A DNA stretch of 64,000 nt, taken from Candidatus Melainabacteria bacterium 17Bon1m. Lineage in GTDB: Bacteria > Cyanobacteriota > Vampirovibrionia > Obscuribacterales > Obscuribacteraceae. Location: contig JAVLKG010000001.1 of the NCBI GenBank assembly GCA_032128875.1, positions 160,001 to 224,000 of the forward strand, in the 5' to 3' direction. Of this stretch, positions 21,440 to 29,517 are shown piece by piece (the first letter of the stretch is position 1; each line of letters begins with the position of its first letter). The notes below the pieces were generated by a model that saw only the letters and a program-made list of their open reading frames with translations, was not told where the DNA came from and made no database searches. A program made the position numbers and the translations under genes.

Positions 21440-21889
21440 ATGAAAACGCTACTCATCAGTCTTGCACTGGTTGTTTCTGTGCATGATGGTGATACCTTGA
21501 AACTTTCCGATGGACGGACTGTTCGATTGGAAGGTATTGACGCGCCTGAAATTACACAACCTTATGGAGTGCAGTCGCGAGAGCTTCTTGCAAAACTCAC
21601 ACGCAAGAAGAAAGTGCGACTCGAGTCGCACGGAAAAGACAGATACGGAAGAACGGTCGCGAAGATTTACGTTGGGAAGCGATCCGTCAATCAATCGATG
21701 GTAAGCCGTGGAGCGGCTTGGTGGTTTCGCTCATTCGCTCCGACAGACAATCAGCTTCGCCGGGCCGAGCAAGATGCAAGGAAACACAGGGTCGGTCTCT
21801 GGAAAGCCTCGTACGTAATTGCGCCTTGGGATTGGCGCAAATCTAATGATCGGCACGCCAAAATTGCAAGTAATTTGAAAGGAAATTAG
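21440..21889 (+). CDS. Thermonuclease (staphylococcal nuclease family)
   Basis: VHDGDT, VRLEGIDAPE, DRYGRTVA, ARKHRVGLW, PWDWR. Confidence 0.95.
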   Translation: MKTLLISLALVVSVHDGDTLKLSDGRTVRLEGIDAPEITQPYGVQSRELLAKLTRKKKVRLESHGKDRYGRTVAKIYVGKRSVNQSMVSRGAAWWFRSFAPTDNQLRRAEQDARKHRVGLWKASYVIAPWDWRKSNDRHAKIASNLKGN

Positions 21890-22028
21890 CAGGTATTCTT
21901 TGGCAAGAGCGTGAACTGGTTGGGGTTTTGGGCGCTTTTCCCGGATTCGCGAGCTGGAATCCGCACTCAGTCTCGTTAATTTGAAGGTTACTCGAAACAA
22001 AAAGCCCCCTTTCGTCGTCAGTTAGGGT

Positions 22029-22058
22029 CTTCACAGATTCCTCACAGATGCCTGTCAT
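22029..22058 (+). promoter_or_regulatory. Direct repeats with 11-bp period, OmpR/PhoB-family-like binding site
   Basis: CTTCACAGATT / CCTCACAGATG / CCTGTCAT upstream of the 22092 gene. Confidence 0.4.
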
Positions 22059-22091
22059 CTTGGAACTGTAGGGAGTAGAGGAGACCCAGCT

Positions 22092-22325
22092 ATGAGAATC
22101 GAGAAATACAAGATGTTGCTTTCTGCGGCGCAGAATGCCGCGCCTGAGCAGCAACAGATTTTATATCAGCGGGCTTATAGCACAGCCGAAGCGTCATATG
22201 GGAAGCACAGTCCCGAGGTTTATGCTGTTCTTTCAGCATTAACAAGCCATCTAGAGAACAAAGGTATTTACGGTGATGCATTTGCTTGTCGGGAGCAAGC
22301 AAAATGCATGTTTCGAGGTTCATAG
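22092..22325 (+). CDS. Small TPR-like hypothetical protein
   Basis: GAGGAG SD; LYQRAYSTAEASYGKHSPEVYAVL resembles a kinesin-light-chain-type TPR unit. Confidence 0.6.
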   Translation: MRIEKYKMLLSAAQNAAPEQQQILYQRAYSTAEASYGKHSPEVYAVLSALTSHLENKGIYGDAFACREQAKCMFRGS

Positions 22326-22385
22326 GATTTTTCCGCGCTGATATTTTGCGTATACTAGTGCTCCCCAAAAGTTGGAGCTTTCGCA

Positions 22386-23174
22386 ATGTCAAAACGCTGG
22401 ACACTTGATGGCAAAGTTGCCTTGATTACTGGCGCATCAAAAGGAATCGGAAGAGCTTGTGCGCTGGAATTTCTCGAATTAGGTGCAGAAGTTGTGATGG
22501 TTGCGCGAGGGCTCGAAGAGCTTGAAAAGGCTTCTGCGGGAAGCCGGCACAAGGACAATGTCCATTTAGTTGCCGCCGATGTAACTACACTCGACGGTCG
22601 CGAAAGGATTTTTAAGACCGTTGCCGAGATAGGACGCCTCGATGTCCTGGTGAATAATGTCGGGACAAACATTCGCAAGAAGTTTATGCAGGTTTCGAGC
22701 GAAGAACTCAATCTTCTGCTCGACACAAATTTAAATTCGTCTCTTGCGATGTGCCGCGATGCGCATCCATGGCTGCTCAAGGGTAGCGATGCGAATGTTG
22801 TTTTCATAACATCGATTGCAGGAATCGGCACGGTTGGATCAGGATTGATGTATGGCGTCACTAAAGCTGCGCTGAATCAGGCGACTCGGGCTCTGGCGCA
22901 GGAGTGGGCTCCGGATAAAATTCGCGTCAACGCGATTGCACCGGGCTATATCGAGACGCCTCTGACCGAGGGCATTTTGAAGAGCCCCGAGTTTCGCGCC
23001 GCCGTTGAAAATGTCGCAATGCTCAAGAGAATTGGAAAGCCTGAAGAGGTTTCCGCCGCAGTTGCATTCCTTGCAATGCCGCTCTCTTCTTTTATCACTG
23101 GTCAAGTTTTGGTTGTCGATGGTGGCACCACGGCGCAGTATTTCAACGCGCAGGAATTGCTTGCTGCGCATTGA
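22386..23174 (+). CDS. Short-chain dehydrogenase/reductase (tropinone reductase-like)
   Basis: [33 protein letters not shown]. Confidence 0.93.
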   Translation: MSKRWTLDGKVALITGASKGIGRACALEFLELGAEVVMVARGLEELEKASAGSRHKDNVHLVAADVTTLDGRERIFKTVAEIGRLDVLVNNVGTNIRKKFMQVSSEELNLLLDTNLNSSLAMCRDAHPWLLKGSDANVVFITSIAGIGTVGSGLMYGVTKAALNQATRALAQEWAPDKIRVNAIAPGYIETPLTEGILKSPEFRAAVENVAMLKRIGKPEEVSAAVAFLAMPLSSFITGQVLVVDGGTTAQYFNAQELLAAH

Positions 23175-23210
23175 AAATTTGCAATTCATGTCGAAAAAGA
23201 CCCAGGCTGA

Positions 23211-24224
23211 TTACCTTTTCCTCAGGCGATTAGCCTTGTGTATCGCCTTCCACTTCGACTTTTCCGCTTCAGCGGCGAATCGATCTGTTTTTCGCGTTTC
23301 GTATGCAGCTTCTTTCTCCAGCTTATTCCAACTAGAGTAAGTATCTGCATCGACGCCCTCACGCACCGCGCAGCCTGGTTCGCTCTGATGTTTGCAATCT
23401 CTGAATCTGCATTCTTCAGCCAATTGCAGCACTTCGCTGAACACCGCGTGCACGCCGTCTTCGGCATCAGCTAAGGCGAACTCTCGCATTCCGGGGGTGT
23501 CAATGATTGAAGTTCCATCCGCAAGCTGAATTAGCAGGCGGCGCGTTGTTGTGTGGCGCCCCTTTTGTACCTGCGAGCTGATTGCGCTAACCGCAAGTCT
23601 TTCTTCTTGCAGCAGTACATTTATCAATGTCGATTTCCCTACGCCACTGGACCCAACGAATGCGATGGTTTTTTCTGGGCCAAGAAATGGAAATAGTTCT
23701 TCCAGACCATTTCCGCCCAGGGCGGAAAGCGCCACCACCGGATTGTTTCCCGCGACTGCCTTAGCTGCTTTGATATGTTCAGTCGCATCATCGACCAGAT
23801 CTATTTTAGTCAATGCAATTGCGCATGGCACATCAAACCCCGCTGCAGCCACCATGTAGCGCTCAAGTCTTCTGACATTGAAGTCTCGATTAAGTGCAGC
23901 TGTAATAAACAATGTGTCCAAATTTGCAGCGATTGGTTGTAATTCCACACTGCCATAAACGCCGCGCCGCGCGAATAGATTCTTGCGAGGCAACAGCTTA
24001 TGAATCATTATCGTATTGGACTGTTCGTTTTCTAGAATCGCTACATAATCTCCGACGATTGGAAAATCTGAAGCGACCTGCGCGGAGTACCTGAATGCGC
24101 CAGTTATTTCGGCGCGTGTTTCTCCGTGGTGCGTAGCGACGACATACGAACCACGATCTTGCGAGACGATTCGCCCGCATTCGAACGGCGGCTCAACGAG
24201 AGCCGCGATATTTTTTTGCAGCAT
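23211..24224 (-). CDS. rsgA: Ribosome small subunit-dependent GTPase A paralog
   Basis: Circularly permuted GTPase: TKID, GSSGVGKST, GRHTT, DTPG, and Zn finger CRFRDCKHQSEPGC. Confidence 0.95.
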   Translation of the reverse strand: MLQKNIAALVEPPFECGRIVSQDRGSYVVATHHGETRAEITGAFRYSAQVASDFPIVGDYVAILENEQSNTIMIHKLLPRKNLFARRGVYGSVELQPIAANLDTLFITAALNRDFNVRRLERYMVAAAGFDVPCAIALTKIDLVDDATEHIKAAKAVAGNNPVVALSALGGNGLEELFPFLGPEKTIAFVGSSGVGKSTLINVLLQEERLAVSAISSQVQKGRHTTTRRLLIQLADGTSIIDTPGMREFALADAEDGVHAVFSEVLQLAEECRFRDCKHQSEPGCAVREGVDADTYSSWNKLEKEAAYETRKTDRFAAEAEKSKWKAIHKANRLRKR

Positions 24225-24230
24225 TGTCCT

Positions 24231-24276
24231 GTCCTTGTTTATTTGCTGTGCGTTTCACCAGGTGCAAATAAAGGAC
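24231..24276 (-). promoter_or_regulatory. Hairpin sequestering the rsgA Shine-Dalgarno
   Basis: Minus strand GTCCTTTATTTGC...GCAAATAAACAAGGAC. The AAGGA 7 nt before the ATG lies in the 3' arm. Confidence 0.6.
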
Positions 24277-24310
24277 ACGAGCGTCGATTCACAATGCGTA
24301 AAGTCGAATC

Positions 24311-24391
24311 TTAGCGATTTCCAGTGCGATGAGTTACGACGGCGCAACGGAAGACAGCATCGTATCCGTGTGTAGCAATGACATTTTCCAT
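24311..24391 (-). CDS. Putative 26-aa leader peptide upstream of rsgA
   Basis: AAGGAGG SD, then MENVIATHGYDAVFRCAVVTHRTGNR*. Upstream promoter TTGACA(24462)-18bp-TATATT. Confidence 0.65.
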   Translation of the reverse strand: MENVIATHGYDAVFRCAVVTHRTGNR

Positions 24392-24530
24392 GTAGCGCCT
24401 CCTTCGCGGTTCGCGATTGAATCTAGAATGCCAATATATACCGGACTTTGCAATCATGTCAAGCTGGGCTTTGTCTTGCCCTCCATAAACCTTGTAAAAT
24501 AAACGCGGGAAGGTTTGTGGAATCTAAGTA

Positions 24531-25454
24531 TTGAAGATTGAATTATCGCGATTGTTTTCTCGCAGGCGTAGAAGAGTTATCGTTGCCTGCACCGCTGTTT
24601 CAATTCTCACTTCAATAATTTTGGCGCTGCCATCATTTGCTGTGAAAGATGAAGAGCGCGATTACGATTTGCCTTTGCCCGTTACTCCAAAACCGAAATT
24701 TGTAGCTGTCTATGGCGACAAGTATTTGCGAGCGATCGAAGCGCAAATATTAGTCTTCGCCAAAGAAAACAACACTGATTGGTCTGAGAAAAAAGAAGAC
24801 CGCATTCGGCAGCAAGTGAAGCAGCTTTTCGAGAAAGAAACTTCACCCCATGCTCTGGCGACGATTGCTATTTGGGCGATAATGAATCGCGAAGATGATC
24901 CCCTTGTTCGACGTCTCTACCATTACGACAAGATCATCGAAGCTGCCTTCTACCAGGCCATGTTTCGAATTACCGACATTGGCAATGAAGATTCTATTCC
25001 TGCTCTGTACCGGATCATGCATCAAGCTAACATGGACAAAGATGCCATGGAGAAATTGCGCGATTGCTTAAATGGACTCGAGCCCGATGGATTCAGAAGC
25101 ACTTCGCGCGTGAAGGTGTATTTTAGCGAGAGTCTCTTAAATGAGCGTCCTGCCCCTGAGGAAGTTGCGCAGTTTGTTGTGCCCTTACGTGAAGCGCTTT
25201 GGAGAATTTGGAAATCGCCTACTCTCATTCCATCGGAACTTTATGCAAAAGCGCAATTTACTGTAGATGAGACTTTGACTATTTCCAACATGCATGTCAC
25301 CACAGTTGTAAAAGATTGCCCGCCATCCGTGTTTTCAATGCGCAATGAATACAAGCGTGCTGCTCTAAAAGCACTGAGCAAATTGCGCATTACCCAACGT
25401 TTGCCAATGCTGACTAAAAGCACAGACGTAATTGTTGAATTTTACGGACCTTAG
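24531..25454 (+). CDS. Hypothetical exported protein
   Basis: Basic then hydrophobic N-terminus ending in SFA; no recognised domain. Confidence 0.6.
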   Translation: MKIELSRLFSRRRRRVIVACTAVSILTSIILALPSFAVKDEERDYDLPLPVTPKPKFVAVYGDKYLRAIEAQILVFAKENNTDWSEKKEDRIRQQVKQLFEKETSPHALATIAIWAIMNREDDPLVRRLYHYDKIIEAAFYQAMFRITDIGNEDSIPALYRIMHQANMDKDAMEKLRDCLNGLEPDGFRSTSRVKVYFSESLLNERPAPEEVAQFVVPLREALWRIWKSPTLIPSELYAKAQFTVDETLTISNMHVTTVVKDCPPSVFSMRNEYKRAALKALSKLRITQRLPMLTKSTDVIVEFYGP

Positions 25455-25455
25455 C

Positions 25456-26016
25456 TCACACCAAATCTATTACAAAGATCAAGCTCGGACCTGTTCCAAA
25501 CGCATCACTTTTCTCTTTGACGAGTTTTCCACCGTTGTGCTCAATTAGGCGTCGCGAGGCAGAATTTGTCGGATTGCATGATACGAAAATCGATTGAATT
25601 CCGCGTTCCTTGAAATAGGGACCAGCTAGTTTCCATGCAAGTGCCGCGGCTTTGACTCCGTATCCGACATTCAAAAGCGCCGGACGGATTGCAACGCCAA
25701 TGTGTCCGCCGAACTCTTCAATGACCTCTCTATCACCAGAAAATCTAAGAGAAACAGAACCAAGATAGCGCTCTCCATCAACCAACCAGAGCAATGAATG
25801 TTCTGCAACAGTAAACTCCGAGCCATCCGGCATTGTGACTACGCGCGGCGATTCATCGCTGATTCTTCTAATGTAATCGTCAGGATCTTTGGAAATCTGC
25901 TCGGGCGAGTCATCCGCAAAATTACCGAGTGCCATGTTGCAAAAGGCGCCTTCACTGAGAGCTTCAACATAGGAGGGCAAGAATGTTTTGCTTGGTCTGA
26001 CCAATTCAATCTGCAT
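25456..26016 (-). CDS. GNAT family N-acetyltransferase
   Basis: GGHIGVAIRP...GYG and CNPTNSASRRLIEHNGG. Confidence 0.88.
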   Translation of the reverse strand: MQIELVRPSKTFLPSYVEALSEGAFCNMALGNFADDSPEQISKDPDDYIRRISDESPRVVTMPDGSEFTVAEHSLLWLVDGERYLGSVSLRFSGDREVIEEFGGHIGVAIRPALLNVGYGVKAAALAWKLAGPYFKERGIQSIFVSCNPTNSASRRLIEHNGGKLVKEKSDAFGTGPSLIFVIDLV

Positions 26017-26028
26017 AGTTCATTGTGA

Positions 26029-26607
26029 TCATTGTGATAATGGTTTTGCTTGATCTAAACCATCCCAATAACGCACCTTATTTTCCACTGTGGTGAACGT
26101 TGTTGAATACATTCGATCTATGTAGAGAATTCCATTCAGGTGATCGATCTCATGTTGCAAAATTCGCGCGTACCACCCTTTTGCGTTGATTGAAACTTCT
26201 TCACCCTTCTCGTTGAGAGCCTTAACGTTGACTGTTTTGTATCGCGCGACATTCGCAGCGAAGCCGGCCACACTCAAACATCCTTCAAAGAAATCCACTT
26301 TCTCATCACCAACGGGCGTGAGAATTGGGTTGATTAATACATGAAATGGGACGGGATATCTTTCGCGCAAGTTGAGTTCTTCCGAACTCATTTTTGTTTT
26401 CTCACCGGCTTCATCTTCAATTACCGTGAGTTTGATCGATTCACCAATTTGTGGTGCTGCAAGACCAACACCTGGTGCTGCGCGCATTACCTCGCGCATG
26501 ATTTCAATCAACTCTTGAATCTCTGCCGACTTGATTTCATCCACTGCTAACTCGCGCGCTTCAGCACGTAAAACAGGATGTCCGGTTTGAACTATTGGAT
26601 TGGGCAT
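26029..26607 (-). CDS. def: Peptide deformylase
   Basis: GVGLAAPQ, EGCLS, QHEIDHLNG. Confidence 0.97.
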   Translation of the reverse strand: MPNPIVQTGHPVLRAEARELAVDEIKSAEIQELIEIMREVMRAAPGVGLAAPQIGESIKLTVIEDEAGEKTKMSSEELNLRERYPVPFHVLINPILTPVGDEKVDFFEGCLSVAGFAANVARYKTVNVKALNEKGEEVSINAKGWYARILQHEIDHLNGILYIDRMYSTTFTTVENKVRYWDGLDQAKPLSQ

Positions 26608-26729
26608 ATTGACCTGAATATAACTCTCTCGTAAGGCTTGCCATTGTGGTTGGCTTGAGTATAAAGTAAATTGTACATCTTACTTTCTCTTGAATTGCGC
26701 GGTGACAGTTGCCGTATTTAGGTAAACAG

Positions 26730-27626
26730 ATGGACGAAAGTACATTTTGGAAAATAATTGAAGATGCAAAGAAACGGACTTCCGGTGATGTGGAAGCTCG
26801 TATCCAAAAGATCCATCGCGCTTTGAAAAAGTGTTCCAACCAAGATTTGACGCAGTTTTATGCAATCGTGCAAGAGAAAATAGGTCGCGCTAATCGTTGG
26901 GATCTGTGGGCTGCCGCTTTCTTGGACAACGATGGCTGTGGTGATGATGCATTCGAGTATTGGCGCGCTGGACTCGTTCTAGCGGGACAGAAGGCATACG
27001 AGGCGGTGCTCGCAGAACCGGACATGCTTTCGAAATTCACTGTCGATTTTGCTGAGGAGTTATCGTACGCTCCAATAATAGTATGGGAAGAGCGAAATCC
27101 TGGCGTTGATTTCCCAGAGACTGAACTGAATGTCAAATCATTAGAACTAGAAGGCGAGCCGTTCGACGAGGAGGATAGCGAATGGTTTAAGCAAAATTTT
27201 CCCAAGCTTCTAAAGAAGACTCAAAGAAAATTTGGTTTGGAGCGGCGTCCAAAGCCCCCGCCACCGCCGAAAGAGTTTTTCTTTAAGGTTTATCTGCCGA
27301 CACTAGATTCGAGTTATGTAAGCGAGATCCAAAAGGTTATGGATAGTGTGATGCTGACTTGGGAAGGAATTTATGGAATTCCATTTATCTCTGTTGGAAA
27401 CACAGAACGCGGTGAATGCATGTGGGAAGTTTTCAGTCATAATCAAACTACACTTGAAGAATTAGAAGAGCGGGTACGCGCACTTGCTTTGCACGAGAAG
27501 ACCATTATTACTAATGACAAAACAAAAATTCTCGGAACTGGTCTTATTCGCCCCTACCACATGCGCTGTCCCCATGTGAATCCGCCATTTGAAGGACAAA
27601 TATCAAATGAATGGCCTAAACGATGA
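26730..27626 (+). CDS. DUF4240-like domain protein with C-terminal extension
   Basis: MDESTFWKIIE...LWAAAF...GCGDDAFEYWRAGLV...G..AYE...PD. Confidence 0.75.
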   Translation: MDESTFWKIIEDAKKRTSGDVEARIQKIHRALKKCSNQDLTQFYAIVQEKIGRANRWDLWAAAFLDNDGCGDDAFEYWRAGLVLAGQKAYEAVLAEPDMLSKFTVDFAEELSYAPIIVWEERNPGVDFPETELNVKSLELEGEPFDEEDSEWFKQNFPKLLKKTQRKFGLERRPKPPPPPKEFFFKVYLPTLDSSYVSEIQKVMDSVMLTWEGIYGIPFISVGNTERGECMWEVFSHNQTTLEELEERVRALALHEKTIITNDKTKILGTGLIRPYHMRCPHVNPPFEGQISNEWPKR

Positions 27627-27642
27627 GTGGATTATTCTGGGC

Positions 27643-27670
27643 TTGACAATGTCGCTTCAACCGGGATAAT
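27643..27670 (+). promoter_or_regulatory. sigma70 promoter of the tRNA-Ser/rtcB unit
   Basis: TTGACA(27643)-16bp-GATAAT(27665). Predicted +1 falls at about 27677-27678. Confidence 0.65.
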
Positions 27671-27677
27671 GGAATGT

Positions 27678-27746
27678 ATGGACATATTATTTACACCTAG
27701 TCGCGAACAAAAGATGTATGGCACCGTAAATCGGGGCTCGGAGTGA
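27678..27746 (+). CDS. Putative leaderless 22-aa attenuator leader peptide
   Basis: MDILFTPSREQKMYGTVNRGSE*. ATG is at the predicted TSS; the last codons contain the antiterminator strand GGGCTCG. Confidence 0.6.
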   Translation: MDILFTPSREQKMYGTVNRGSE

Positions 27747-27791
27747 CGCAGGCGTAAATAACTGATCAAAAGCATCTGTAGTCATTTAGCG

Positions 27792-27824
27792 AGCCCTTTC
27801 AGAAACGAGAGGGCTTTTAGTTTT
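27792..27824 (+). terminator. Intrinsic terminator (attenuator) upstream of tRNA-Ser and rtcB
   Basis: Stem AGCCCTTTC-agaaac-GAGAGGGCT followed by TTTAGTTTT. Confidence 0.8.
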
Positions 27825-27842
27825 ATCTATATATGCGAATTT

Positions 27843-27929
27843 GGAGAGATGGCTGAGAGGCCTAAAGCGACGTTCTGCTAAGACGTAGATGGCTGAGTCC
27901 ATCCGTGGGTTCGAATCCCACTCTCTCCG
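27843..27929 (+). tRNA. tRNA-Ser (anticodon GCT), CCA not encoded
   Basis: Acceptor GGAGAGA/TCTCTCC with G discriminator. Anticodon arm ACGTT-CTGCTAA-GACGT, long variable arm GATGG-CTGAGT-CCATC, T arm GTGGG-TTCGAAT-CCCAC. Confidence 0.95.
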
Positions 27930-27979
27930 AGGAACAAAAAGGAACACAATAAGTGAAATAACAAACAGAGGACACGGAC

Positions 27980-29221
27980 ATGGAGATTTTTACACCAAAG
28001 GACAAAACTTACGACATCATGCGAACTGAAGGCTCTGTCCCAGTGAAGATGTGGACCCGCGGCGTGCAGCTCGAGGAAGAGGCGCGCAAGCAGTTGAGCA
28101 ATATCACAAAGATGCCGTTTGTTTTCAGGTGGGTCGCAGCCATGCCCGATTGTCACTGGGGTACCGGCGCCACCGTCGGCAGTGTCATACCCACACGTAA
28201 GGCAATTATTCCAGCTGGAGTAGGAGTCGATATTGGATGTGGTATGGTCGCTGCGCGAACAAGCTTGCGCGCATCTGATTTGCCTGACGATCTCGCGTCA
28301 GTCAGGCGTGCAATCGAAACCGCTGTTCCACATGGTCGTACCGACAACGGTGGACCTAATGATCGAGGTGCGTGGAAAGACGTGCCAAAGGCAGTTGAAG
28401 ACGCTTGGTCCGGACTTGCTGAAGGCCACAAGGCAATTGTGGATAAGCATCAAAAACTTGCGAGAAGCAATACGGTAACGCATCTTGGCTCGCTAGGTAC
28501 GGGCAACCACTTCATTGAAATCTGCCTAGATGAGGATGATGCCGTGTGGATTATGCTTCACTCTGGTTCTAGAGGAATCGGTAATGCCATCGGTAAATAC
28601 TTCATTGAAGTTGCGAAGAAAGATATGGAAAAGTGGTGCATCACTGTACCGGATCAAGATCTTGCATACTTGCCCGAAGGCACGGACAATTTCAATGAGT
28701 ATTGGAAGGCGTTGATGTGGGCGCAAAAATTCGCTCAAACAAACAGAGACGTCATGCTTAACTCAGTCATTGCCGCGCTTCGCAAGTGCAAGTTGCCTAA
28801 TTTCGAGATTACTTCCGAAGTTGTAAACTGCCATCACAACTATGCAGCTCTTGAGCATCACTACGGTGAAAACATCTATGTGACGCGTAAGGGCGCTGTG
28901 AGAGCGCAGGAAGGTGACTTGGGAATCATCCCAGGATCTATGGGTACCAGATCGTACATCGTGCGTGGAAAGGGAAATCCAGAAAGCTTCAACAGCTGCT
29001 CTCACGGAGCAGGTCGAGCAATGTCTCGTGGTGAAGCCAAAAAGAAGTTCTCCCTGGAAGATCACGCAAGAGCTACAGCTGGGGTTGAATGCCGAAAGGA
29101 CCTAGATGTTATCGACGAAACACCGATGGCATATAAGTCAATCGACTCTGTGATGGAAGCTCAAAAAGATCTGGTAGACATTGTCCACACTTTGAAGCAG
29201 GTTATCTGCGTCAAGGGATAG
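27980..29221 (+). CDS. rtcB: RNA 2',3'-cyclic phosphate/3'-phosphate--5'-OH ligase RtcB
   Basis: MPDCH, GVDIGCGM, GTGNHF, HSGSRG, HHNY, SCSHGAGR, DETPMAYK. Confidence 0.97.
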   Translation: MEIFTPKDKTYDIMRTEGSVPVKMWTRGVQLEEEARKQLSNITKMPFVFRWVAAMPDCHWGTGATVGSVIPTRKAIIPAGVGVDIGCGMVAARTSLRASDLPDDLASVRRAIETAVPHGRTDNGGPNDRGAWKDVPKAVEDAWSGLAEGHKAIVDKHQKLARSNTVTHLGSLGTGNHFIEICLDEDDAVWIMLHSGSRGIGNAIGKYFIEVAKKDMEKWCITVPDQDLAYLPEGTDNFNEYWKALMWAQKFAQTNRDVMLNSVIAALRKCKLPNFEITSEVVNCHHNYAALEHHYGENIYVTRKGAVRAQEGDLGIIPGSMGTRSYIVRGKGNPESFNSCSHGAGRAMSRGEAKKKFSLEDHARATAGVECRKDLDVIDETPMAYKSIDSVMEAQKDLVDIVHTLKQVICVKG

Positions 29222-29230
29222 AGTCAGGAA

Positions 29231-29315
29231 TCGGAAGACAGCAACTGTCGGAAGACAGCAACTGTCGGAAGACAGCAATTGTCTGAAGACAGCGATTGTC
29301 TGAAGACAGCGATTG
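29231..29315 (+). repeat. Five tandem 17-bp units with internal inverted repeats
   Basis: TCGGAAGACAGCAACTG x2, TCGGAAGACAGCAATTG, TCTGAAGACAGCGATTG x2. Confidence 0.95.
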
Positions 29316-29427
29316 ATCGTTGAGGCACTGAATATGGTGCCTCACGGTCTATGCTGCCGAGTTTCAGAAAAAAATTCAAATAATTCACTGCCGCATGCAT
29401 GTTCGCATGGGCAAAGGTAGGTGTGTC

Positions 29428-29505
29428 ATGAAAATCTATGTTCTTTTGCGTGACGGAGTTCCCCTTGGTTATGCGCTGGCTGCTGCCACGCACTGTACCC
29501 TTGGG
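29428..29505 (+). pseudogene. 5' remnant of a Pth2-like peptidyl-tRNA hydrolase gene
   Basis: MKIYVLLRDGVPLGYALAAATHCTLG matches, from memory, the N-terminus of small bacterial Pth2-fold proteins. Similarity ends after about 26 codons. Confidence 0.5.
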
Positions 29506-29517
29506 CGAAAGCCATTT

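Noticed and set aside
27674-27700. Alternative 8-codon uORF MYGHIIYT
   Set aside because: Its ATG lies only 3 nt after the -10 box, upstream of the predicted TSS.
27843-27929. tRNA as integration site of a genomic island
   Set aside because: No integrase, and I saw no duplicate of the tRNA 3' end elsewhere in the window.
29231-29315. Possible mini-CRISPR array
   Set aside because: Units are contiguous 17-mers with no unique spacers, and there are no cas genes in the window.
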